A DNA stretch of 64,000 nucleotides. Origin: Stylophora pistillata. Lineage: Eukaryota. How positions within the stretch are numbered: position 1 is the stretch's first letter; every line of letters starts with the position of its first letter. This document shows positions 49,431-64,000 of this stretch, one piece after another. The notes under the pieces are model-generated. The model saw only the letters and a program-made list of their open reading frames with translations, made no database searches and was not told where the DNA came from. The position numbers were made by a program, and so were the translations under genes. Location: the NCBI RefSeq assembly GCF_002571385.2, contig NW_019218320.1:111199-175198 (forward strand), given 5' to 3'.

Positions 49431-51340
49431 TTAAAGCAAAGTCCACGCGCTGCAGGCAATAATTGTAGATAACAAAATCAACGCGAGCTTCTTATAAGCG
49501 GAAGACATCAAGTCGGAAACACGGCTAAAATGCCGATGTTTTAGGTTCAAAGTGCTCTGCTATCGCAGCGCTCTAAAGATGAGATAAACGCTGTTTTTTT
49601 GATACAGCGCTCGCTAAAAGCAAGTGTTATTTCCAGAGTGTGGATGAGCTGTGAAGAGAGATTGAAGAGATTTTGAGGGCGGAATGAAAATACAGTTGTT
49701 AACCTCACGCGATTTTAGCATTCTTTGATTCCGTGATATGATTTTCAAGCTTTCAGTCGTCTCGAACGCCAGAACCTTCGGTTAAAATGATTTTTTTTAA
49801 AATTTAATTCAGACTGAAATCACAAATATATAAGAATTTGTTATTTTTGGGAATTTCTTGGACAAGAAAAAAAAATTCCACAGAGGTTAGTGGATCAACA
49901 TGAATCATGGAGCCAAATAAGTCATAAGTGTGTTTGATAATCGTTCGTTTTTCAAAAAAGCGGAATTATTAGTAACTATATAGATCATATGGCTCTGTTT
50001 TTCGTCTCCGGACCTTATTAGAACTTAGGATCGGAAGCTGGACACCATTTGAATTTGGTTAAGAAAAATTATTACTCGAGGCGAATCAATCAGCCAACGG
50101 TGTAAGTTAAGAAGTTAGATCATTGTTCCGTGAGCGGCTCATATCGGATTTATTTGCCGCTTGTTTAATAGCTCTTTTCTTCTAGCTAAAAGGGCATCGT
50201 AGTTGCAAGAGGCCGATTTAAGATTTGGTTAATTTAGATCAAGAAGATTTCTTTTCCGTCCACAGGCAACAAAGATCGATTTGATGTTTTTATTTTTTCT
50301 CTGATTGCAGCGAACGACTCAAGGGAAGGTAATTCTTTTCTCGCGCGTGAAGCGATAACTGCCATAGTTAAACCAAATGTTTGCATATTAATGATTCCCA
50401 ACGGAAGATGTTTAAAGATAAACGGCTGAATTCTGGCGACGAGCTTTGGATTAAACATTAATGGACTGGACACATTAAGCTCAACTTGAAAAGATATACC
50501 GAGCTGGCGTATGAATTTTTACAAAAGATTTTGGATAATGATTTTAGAAATCTTGTGAGAGACATTGGCCGAGGTTAACCATTATTTAAAATATTATTTA
50601 AAAAAATAATTCAAGTTTAGACCGACGGGTGTCAGTGAAAAAAATAATTGATTCTATTCTACACGGGGTCAGATTAAATTTAGTTTTGTTCGAGAGTAAA
50701 TCGAGAGTGATTGTCATGATATGAAGTTCAAAAGAATCACCACGCTTTGATAAGCACGCGATTGATCGATTGAAGAATAAGTTGAGTCGACCATTAGTCA
50801 ATTTAAGGTGAAAATGAATCCGTCATCAAGTCTATACGTCTTTGAAGAAATTTCGATCAAGAGGCAATATATGATAAAACCGAATGGGCGACTGTCGAAG
50901 GAAAAAAACTGCAAAGGCCGTCAAAACAGGCTAGTGAAAACAAGAAAGTCAATTCAGTTGACGCGAATGAAAATGGTAAACGACAATTACGTTGATTCTT
51001 AAGAGTCAAAGAAGGAAAGAATAGAACAAACTCGAACGGACGTCAAGAAAAAGTTAAGCGGAGAGAACTTGGCATGTCACGGGAACGCCTGCCAAAAAAG
51101 AAAAACTTTCTTTTTCAAAAATAAAGCGGATCTTTCAGTTTACAAAAATATTACATTTTTCGATAGTGTGGGGAGTATTCTGTTGAATAAACAAATTATA
51201 AATCGGTAAAATCTGTGGTCAGTTTTGTTAATTCATCAGTGAGGAATCTGGTCCTAGCTCCCGAGGTCAACTTCCACTAAGTAACGCGTGGTGTGATTGG
51301 TGTACCCATTCTCCCCATGCCCTCGTGGACATAAACAAAG

Positions 51341-55439
<4,099 letters not shown>

Positions 55440-56195
55440 ATATGGTAGTTTTTTCAAGTTTTACTCTGTCACGATGTGATCACGCCTATGATTAATTATA
55501 GATCTTCCACGCAATTGCTTTTTAAATGAAAGGACTTTGATAAACTAGTATTTTACACGAATATTTATGTATGATAAACGACCGAAGATGTTTATAAGTG
55601 TTGTTTACCTCACAGAAGAAAAAAATTATAATGAACAAATAGAATAGAAATAAATAGAACCAAAATTCGGCGACGTTTAGGGACTAACTTATCCTTCTTG
55701 CTGTTAAAAAAAATTGTCTGAAGTTTTCAAGTTTTAAACACTTTTCTATCGTACAGTTTCAATCGCCTTCCTCCATAATGGATCCTTATTGGCTTATTGA
55801 TATGATTTATAGATTTTAAAGCCAGCTACAGCATTAGCTGGAGGAACAATCACCAAAGGGCCAAGAAATCTTGCAACCCGTAAAATCAGCCTAGTTTATC
55901 CGTTGTACGATTAAAGATGCATGCCGGTCTTAATTTTTCGTTGCCAAGCTATCTGAAGGCTTTTATCACATGTGCCAGAAAAATCGATTTAAAATTCAAA
56001 TTAAAACCCTGTTATGTACGTCAAATGCTGATTCGTAGCAGAGGTTGGAGGTGTATTCCTCTCTTTATGATAATACCAGCAGGAATGACATCTTGATAGA
56101 AACTACCTGCTTTTTTACAACAGTGTAAAGAAAACAGTCGCTGAAAGCATCGAGAAAATCTCGGAAAAACCCACAGTGTCCTACCAAAATTATAT

Positions 56196-56576
56196 ATGCC
56201 AGTTGTAATACGGATGCAATCAGCTGAGAAAAGCGATGAACATAAGAGCCCCATGGCCGGACCGTCCACAGAGAATGATCTTTATATGCAGAAAAAACGC
56301 CGGTCTAGAGACATCACAGAACTGAAAGCCGAAGCTGAGGGCTTGAAAGAGTCCTTGTCGAGTCTTACTACGGAAGGTGAAAAATCAAAAGCGAAGGAAA
56401 GGGCAGTATATTTTGATGACCTGTTCCAGTTTTTAGAGACTACTAATGTAAAAATGGACAGAAAAGTGCTAGAGCACATTATGGAACTTTTAAAACTTGA
56501 TGTACACCCAGACAATATTGTAGAATTGCTAACAACAGTGATGGCAATGAAGAATGAAAAGGTTATTTTCATTTGA
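56196..56576 (+). CDS. MOZART2 (MZT2, gamma-tubulin complex)-like small protein, intronless; start codon uncertain
   Basis: DLFQFLETTNVKMDRKVLEHIMELLKLDVHPDNIVELL resembles the MZT2 core (ELYEL..IDPDVFKILVDLLKLNVAP) as I recall it. Confidence 0.6.
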   Translation: MPVVIRMQSAEKSDEHKSPMAGPSTENDLYMQKKRRSRDITELKAEAEGLKESLSSLTTEGEKSKAKERAVYFDDLFQFLETTNVKMDRKVLEHIMELLKLDVHPDNIVELLTTVMAMKNEKVIFI

Positions 56577-59500
56577 GGGCGAACGCTGAGTAAAACAGTG
56601 AACTTCGTCTTTGCTGGGATCACGAACGTCTCCAGGATGTTTATTTTAAATTTGATTAACGAGGAATAATTATTTTTATTGTTGTAATCAATTGCAAGAC
56701 AGGGTTTTTCAACGTTCTTTTCTGTATTTTTGTGCGCAAGATCTTACTCATGTACAATTTATTCAAATGCAGTAATTTCTTAATCCGGTTTTTAGTTTTT
56801 TTTTTGGTTTTTAATCGCAGTAGAATATAGGCTGGTCAAATGTGTACCTTAATAAAACTTGAATAAACAGTGGGGCACCTGTCTTGAGTGGTAGAAAAAC
56901 GAAACTGTTTCATTGCGCTGTGTCATTTGTCTATCCTGTTTTTAATTTTTTTTTTATTCTCCCTGAATATTAAAAAAGGATATTAGAATTTACCTGTTAT
57001 GACTTCAGTATTAGAGACGTCGAGCGTGTCATTTATCTTTTTTACGGACTGATTTATTAGTTCGACATACGTCACATTCGCGGGATTGCTCATTTTTAAA
57101 TTTATCTATCTTTCGTTATGTAGCTATGTTTTCGTGTCAAATTGCTACTAGCACTCCGTTACAGCACTCCACATTGTCAAATTTCTTTCTCGTCGCTCAA
57201 TATTCAATGTTAGCGTTCTTTAGCATTACCCAGGAGGAACGTTGCCAGAGATACAGAGCAATGACTGGGAGAACAAAACCGCCTAACCCCTCACGTCTAC
57301 TTTGAATTTAAACAGCAAGCGTTAAATCATGGGATTATAAGCAGACAACAATTATTTCTCTAGAGTCTGACTCCCTTTCTTGCTCTTAGTTCCATCTTCA
57401 TAAAAAGTACTGGTGCATGTTCAACGAAGGAGAAGGTGTTGCTTGATTGGTCTAAACACATTACGTAACCGAATATTCGCCTTATAAAACTGGAGAATAT
57501 CCTTTACGCAGAAGAAAATGATAATCGCGGACAAATATCTGAGCGCTTCTCCGCGTCAATCATTAGTTATTGTTCATTTTATATTCCCCATTTCCTACTT
57601 TAAAACGCGACGCGTTTTAAAGTAGACATGGTAGCCCTTTCCACATGTTCTGTTCTGTTTGACCCGGATGCAATTCCTTTGCATAAAATTAAATTTCAGC
57701 CAAAAACATCTTAAACATTTCTGAAGACACAGAGGGAAATAGTGAAAGTTCCCTCAGACTTTCCAAGTGAACTTATTTGCAATTTCGTTCCCAGGGGCTT
57801 CTCGGTTTTCAAAATGGCGGTTTTTTTGAAATGTGGGGGCGCCTGGGAACAAGTTTTGTTGCACGTGAGAAACAGGATTACTGGAAAATCAAGTGTTTCC
57901 CTCGTTTTATAAGGTTTATTCTTCATTTATTTTGTTTGAAAGAATTTTATCAGTTTCCGATAGATTTAGCTGATTCAATGCACTTTTTGAAAGCTATTCC
58001 CAGGATGAGTTGCTGAAGTTTATTGATACTTGGATCAGAAAAATTTGTTATCATGGATCTGTCATCACCATTTTGTTTACATCTAACCGAACCAGGTAAG
58101 ACTTATATTTCACACCAGAACTTAACTAAGCAGCTAGCTCATAGCTGCGTAGGAGTCTGTTAAGCTCCTAAACGCTTCCTCTTACTTCACAGATGCACTA
58201 AAGCTGTGACAGATAATTATGGACTTGCATATTCCACATCTTAAATTATTTCAAAGGGGAACTTAAACATGTCTTGGATGGAACATTATGAACAACTGCA
58301 AATACAGTGTGTATATATTAGGCTGCTTGAATGGCTAACTAACTGGCTGACTTACTGTGTAGAAATTTCCAGAAAATTTCATACTCTACCACCTCCTGTC
58401 ACTGAATTGGTTCTTTTCTCTCCTCCTGCTAAACTGTTTATTGTGACAATTTAAGTGCTGTTTAATTCGTCTAAAAATAGCAAACAAGCAGTTCAAGTAC
58501 ACACTTTAAGTGCTGCTTCTTCTGTATAGAAACTGAATGGTTGTCTTAATTCATTATCAATACTGCATTTGTGATGAAATCTGTTCCACAGCACAACTAC
58601 AGTTGAACCTGTAAATAAGCAGTCACCTAGGGGGAATGGTGGCATGATCAATAAATACTGGTTGACCACTTAATAAAGGTTCCATAGATGAGGGATATTA
58701 CAAAAAACAATATACTGCACCATTTAATGCCAGAATTGTCTACTTGATATAAAGAATCTTGCTTGAAAATACAACTTACTTTGATTTAGGGAGAGGAATA
58801 TGGATTACAAATAACTAGAAAGATTATTCTTAGTTTTATTGGAATATTCCTGCTCTCAGTGACTGTTCAGTGGACAATAAAAACAGGCCGTTGGGAGGTA
58901 GTAAAGGGAAACGACTTAATAGACGTGAAAATTACAGTAATAAAGGGAAAACAAATTCAGGACTTCGACGACTAACTGCCTAATACAGGGTGACTGCTTG
59001 ATATAGTGTGCTTAATATAGATTCAAGTGTACCAGTCATATCATATCATATCTGTATCTATGTGATTTTCATTGAGTTTGAAAGTAATCCAGGGTGGCTG
59101 TGAGTTTGCTTTAATTTGTTGAGTTATTGGTCCAGAAAAATTGTGCCCCTTTCTCAACCATTTGGATTCAAAATCAAACCGACAGTGAAAGGTTCACTTG
59201 TATTCTCTCAGGCTTCGAGAAATCTGTTTTTAATTTGAGTTCTGATAATTTTGTTTCTTCTGATTGTCTGTTGTGATTTCTTTGGGTTTGGTTTTGTGCC
59301 TCTAACTTTTAATGAGCTCCATTAACCCAATGAATCAGAAATTCAATCTCTGTGGTCCCTGTGATCAATAGCAGATGTTAGAAATAAATCATTATATAAG
59401 CATCTTAGACTTCCTTAAGTTTCTACCCACTCATTGGTCCATGATGTGCTGCCTTCCACCTTGTCTTTTCTAGATAAATGTTTGTTTATATCTGCAATTT

Positions 59501-60354
59501 TTTTCAGACTCCATTTGTGATTAATTTATTTTGATTCCTCTTCAAAAACTTTTAATTCCAAAATTTTAGTTGGAAACTTAAGGTGGGGGTTATCTGCGAG
59601 TGCAGCTTACTCTCCAGTGTCTACTGGATGTACTGATTAACCAACTACCCAACTACCTTACGCACTGAGCTAACAAAATTGGTTTTGCTCCACCAAAAGT
59701 CTTGTCAATTGCTGGTGCATCGAAAAATAGCAAAGTATTTTTTAATTACCAAATGTCAATCACATGGATATACAAGTTGAGCAGTACTTGAACCTAGGGA
59801 TTCAGCTTAAACATAAACTTGAGAGCCATAATAGTGTATTCTGAGTATCATAAGTAATGAATGATTGTCATGCAGCAACCCAAGGTATAAATCTCCCACA
59901 TCAGCAGTTGATTGCCACATAAAAATTAAATGTTTTGGCAGCCTTCTGCCTGAAAGTCTTAATCAAATTTTTCTTGATTGACATATTTCTTTAAATCATG
60001 GCTTGAAAATCTGTCAGATTTCATGCCTGACAAAAATTTGTCCTGACACAACTGAGAAAACTTGACTCTAAAAATCCCATATGGAGTGATATATGGTATT
60101 TCAGCCTGGTTCATGCGAGTATAGAGCATGCTGACAACACTGATATTCGCTTTAGAAATAAAGTTTGTTTTGAAAATTGAAAGTGATGAGTGGGGAATTA
60201 ACAGATTCTTTACTATAAAACAAATAGACATGCAAGCTTTGACTGTGCTCTGTTTTACTGTAAAGCACTTAAGAAGTGGTTACAGCACTCAAGAAGTGGG
60301 GAGAAACACTTGACTTCGTTTCCTGTTTCTCCCTACACTACTTTCATGCTTTAG

Positions 60355-60497
60355 CTGCCTTCTGTGTGATTTTTCTGCCTTCTGTGTGATTTTCCTGCCT
60401 TCCGTGTGATTTTTCTGCCTTCCGTGTGATTTTTCTGCCTTCCGTGTGATTTTTCTGCCTTCTGTGTGATTTTTCTGCCTTCTGTGTGATTTTTCTG
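60355..60497 (+). repeat. 20-bp minisatellite CTGCCTTC(T/C)GTGTGATTTTT, 7 copies
   Basis: Directly visible tandem copies. Confidence 0.95.
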
Positions 60498-60855
60498 GTA
60501 AATTGACTTTGCTGTGCATGGAAACAACTTGAAGCAAAATGATTCTTTTATGAAACTGCTGGATACCAATTTAATGGTGTTATATTTAAGCATCATGATT
60601 TCTTTCCTTTTCAGGATAACAAAATGCTCTTCTGCCTCTCTTGTGAAGCTGATTTCAATGAGATGAGTATTGATGTGATTGAAAGCAAATATTGTATTGT
60701 GGTCAGAGTGTACACAAGATATGTTTCAACCTTTGGTTTGTTGCCCATCCACAATTTAATGCTCTGTACCAAATATGTAAAACCTCAGGTCTAGTAAGGG
60801 CTGAAACACATCTAAGTCATTGTCAACTTACCAATCTTGTCCTGAGTTTTTTTAA

Positions 60856-61196
60856 AAAAGACTTGGTACCACAAAAAAAGGAAAGAAGGGAAGAAAAAGC
60901 TGTTTTTACCACTGGACTATCTTTATGTACTGAACATAGATGTAGAATGGTCTTTGTGCAAGAGATGGGTATCTAAGAACTGACCCACAAAGGAGTCAGT
61001 TTCACCCGAAAAATCTCTTGCTTAGTCTTAATCTGTGATGCAAAGACTTGGTCCCAGGAAAAAAAAGGAAAAGGAAATCCAGTGAGTGTGTTAAATGTTT
61101 CAATCACTGGACTGTCTTTATGCGCTGAACAGAGAGACGACTTTGTAAAAGAGATGGGTGACTAAGAACTGACCCACAAAGAAGTCAGTTTTACCC
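60856..61196 (+). repeat. Diverged tandem duplication (about 185-bp period)
   Basis: AAAGACTTGGT..CACTGGACT..AGAGATGGGT..CTAAGAACTGACCCACAAAG..AGTCAGTTT occurs twice. Confidence 0.8.
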
Positions 61197-61448
61197 TTTT
61201 TACTAATACTTGGAACTCTCACACTGATCAAAATTTGTTTGATTAACAGCTTCTTAGTTATTATTATTTTTTTGTTACATTGCAGAACTGACACTCACTC
61301 GGTGTTCGCCGTCTCTGTTACCATGGAAAAACTCTTTCTCTCTCTCTGGAGGATTGAATGGTAAGGGGCAATCATTACTTCTCAGGAAAATTACATTTTT
61401 GTACTACTGGTAGTTTCTTGCGATGTCTAAGAAATGTAAATGGAACGA

Positions 61449-64000
61449 CAGTATCGTTAGTATCTCGCGCTCATTTCAGGATTCCATTTTCATTGAATCG
61501 TCGGTTCGGAATCTCATGCACTTTTAGGATTTTCGTTCGTTCGATTATTATGTTTGTATCTCGCCCACTCGTGACGTCAGTAGCTCGTGACGTTAGTATC
61601 TCGCTCATGATTAAATTCTCTTTTATTGGATTGTTACGTTAGCATCTTGCGCACTTTAAGGAGTCTTTTATTGGATTGCGTTAGTATTTCGCGCACTTTA
61701 AAGATTCTCTTTCATCGGATTGTTGTGTAAATATCTCGCGCACTTTTAAGGTCCTCTTTGACTGGATTGTAGCGTCAGTATCTTGTCAACTTTGAGAATT
61801 CTCTTTCATTGGACAGTTGCGTTAGTATCTCGCATACTTTAGGATTCTCTTTCATTGGATTGTTGCTTTAGTATCTCGCGTACCTTTAGGATTCTCTTTA
61901 TTGGTTAGTTGCGTTAGTATCTCGCGTACCTTTAAGACTCTCTTTATTGGATTGTTACGTTAGTATCTCCCGTACTTTTTACTATTCTCTTACATTGGAT
62001 TGTAATGTTAGTATATCGCGCACTGTCAGGATTCCTTTTTCATTCGATCGTGACGTTGGTAGCTCGTGACGTTAGTATTTCGCGCGCTTTTAGGATTCTG
62101 CTTGATTGGATTGTTGGGTTAGTATCTCGCACACTGTTTGGATTCTCTTTCATCAGATTGTTACGTTAGTATCTCGCGCACGTTTTGGATTCTCTTCCTT
62201 TTGATTGTTCCGTTAACATCTCGCACACTTTTAGGATTCTCTTTCTTTTGATTGTTGCGTTGGTATCTTGCGCACTAGTAGGATTTTCTTTCATGGGATT
62301 GTTACGTTAGTATCTCCCAAATTCATGGATTCTCTTTGATTGGATTGTTACGTTAGTATCTCGCACACTTTTAGGATTCTCTTTGATTAGATTGTTACGT
62401 TAGTATCTCGTGCACTTTTAGGATTCTCTTTGATTGGATTGTTACGTTAGTATCTCGCGCAGTTTTAGGAATCTATTTGACTGGATTGTTACGTTAACAT
62501 CTCGCACACGTTTAAGATTCTCATTGCATGGATTGTTACGTTCGTATTTCGCGCACCTTTAGTATTCTCTTTCATTGAATTATTGCGTTAGGATCTTGTG
62601 CAGTTTATGGATTTTCTTTGTTTAGATTCTTACGTTGGTATCTCGCGCACCTTTAGGATTCTCTTTTATTGGATTGTTGCGTTAGGATCTTGTGCACTTT
62701 TAAGATTCTCGGATTGGATTGTTACGTTAGTATCTAGCGCACCTTTAAGATTTTCTTTCATTGGATTGTTGCGTTAGGATTTTGTGCACTTTTAAGATTC
62801 TCTGATTGGATTGCTACTTTAGTATCTCGCGCAGTATCAGGATTCTATTTCGTTTGATTGTTACGTTAGTATCTTGCGCACCTTTAGGATTCTCTTTCAA
62901 TGGATTGTTACGTTAGTATCTTGCGTACTTTTAGGATTCTCTTTCGTTTGATTGTTACGTTAGTATCTTGCGCGCTTTTAGGATTCTCTTTAATTGGATT
63001 GTTACGTTAGTATTTCGCGCACTTTTAGGATTCTCTTTCGTTTGATTGTTAGGTTAGTATCTTGCGTACTTTTAAAATTCTCTTTCATTGGATTGTTACG
63101 TTAGTATCTCGCGCACTTAGGATTCCCTATTGTTTGATTGTTACGCTAGTATCTTGCGCACTATCAGGATTCTCTTTCATTGGATTGTTGTCTTAATATC
63201 TCGCGGACTTTTAGGATCCTCTTTGATTGGATTGTAGCGTCAGTATCTCGTGCACTTTTTGGGGTTCTCTTTCATTGAATTGTTGCGTTAATATCTCGCA
63301 CACTTTTAGGATTCTCTTTCACTGGATTGTTGCGTTAGTATCTCGCATACCTTTAGGATTCTCTTTCATTGGATTTTATTGCGTTGGTATCTCGCACACT
63401 TTTAGGATTCTCTTTCATTGGATTGTTGCGTTAGTATCTCGCATACTTTTAGGATTCTCTTTCATTGGATTGTTGCGTTAGGATCCTGTACACTATATGG
63501 ATTTTCTTTGATTGGATTGTTACGTTAGTATCTCGCGTACCTTTAGGATTCTCTCTGATTGGATTGTTGCGTTAGGATCTTGTGCACTTTATCGATTTTC
63601 TTCCATTGGATTGTTACGTCAGTGTCTCGTGCTCCTTAAGGATTCTCTTTCGTTTGATTGTTACGTTAGTATCTCGCGCACTTTTGGGATTCTCTTTTAT
63701 GGGATTGTTACGTTAGTGTCTCACACACTATTAGGATTCTCTTTCATTGGAATGTTACGTTAGGATCTTGCGGACTTAAGAGTTCTCTTTTATTGGGGTG
63801 TCGCGTTAGTATCTGGCAGACTTTCAAGATTCTCTTTGATTGGATTGTTACGTTAGGATCTCGCGCACTTTTAGGATTCTCTTCCATTTAATTGTTACGT
63901 ATCTCGTGCACTTTTAGGATTCTCTTTGATTGGATTGTTACGTTAGGATCTCGCGTACTTTTAGGATTCTCTTCCATTGAATTGTTTTGTAAGTATCTCG
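61449..64000 (+). repeat. 47-bp satellite, consensus GTTACGTTAGTATCTCGCGCACTTTTAGGATTCTCTTTCATTGGATT, about 54 diverged copies, continues past the window
   Basis: Period of 47 checked (for example 62347 to 62394). Confidence 0.96.

Noticed and set aside
57780-61440. Possible spliced gene (AAAATGGCGG motif, donor CAG/GTAAGA near 58096, acceptors near 60614 and 61286)
   Set aside because: I could not assemble an open, recognisable reading frame; it may be a UTR, lncRNA or repeat remnant.
60289-63763. Repetitive ORFs at 60289-60596 and 61358-63763
   Set aside because: They are translations of the 20-bp and 47-bp tandem repeats.

Overview
Eukaryotic, AT-rich, intron-containing genomic DNA. The repeat repertoire and gene set suggest a cnidarian, most likely a scleractinian coral (inference, not confirmed by search). 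Gene order: 3' part of TMEM181 (+, 13 exons visible, including a U12-type AT-AC intron); an intronless ABIN/TNIP-like coiled-coil gene with a UBAN motif plus a second degenerate copy (+); a mirror-symmetric co-chaperone block BAG(-)/DNAJB(+) ... DNAJB(-)/BAG-like(+), in which each head-to-head pair shares a short intergenic region carrying heat-shock elements; a uronyl 2-sulfotransferase-like gene (-, 8 exons); intronless POU1/Pit-1 (-) with a decayed partial copy about 11 kb away; PTGR2 (+, 4 exons); a MZT2-like ORF (+); and a 47-bp satellite running off the right end. The main candidates for an undescribed system are two. (1) The duplicated, HSE-bearing J-protein + BAG bidirectional cassette, whose second BAG domain has lost the canonical Hsp70-contact residues. 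(2) A 6.4-mer array of a 251-bp tRNA-like unit inserted in a TMEM181 intron with a 12-bp target-site duplication and a short 5' inversion, as expected for retrotransposition of a multimeric or circular RNA. A Penelope-type hammerhead remnant with the same insertion signature lies 5.5 kb away. All coordinates were counted by hand and no database search was run.
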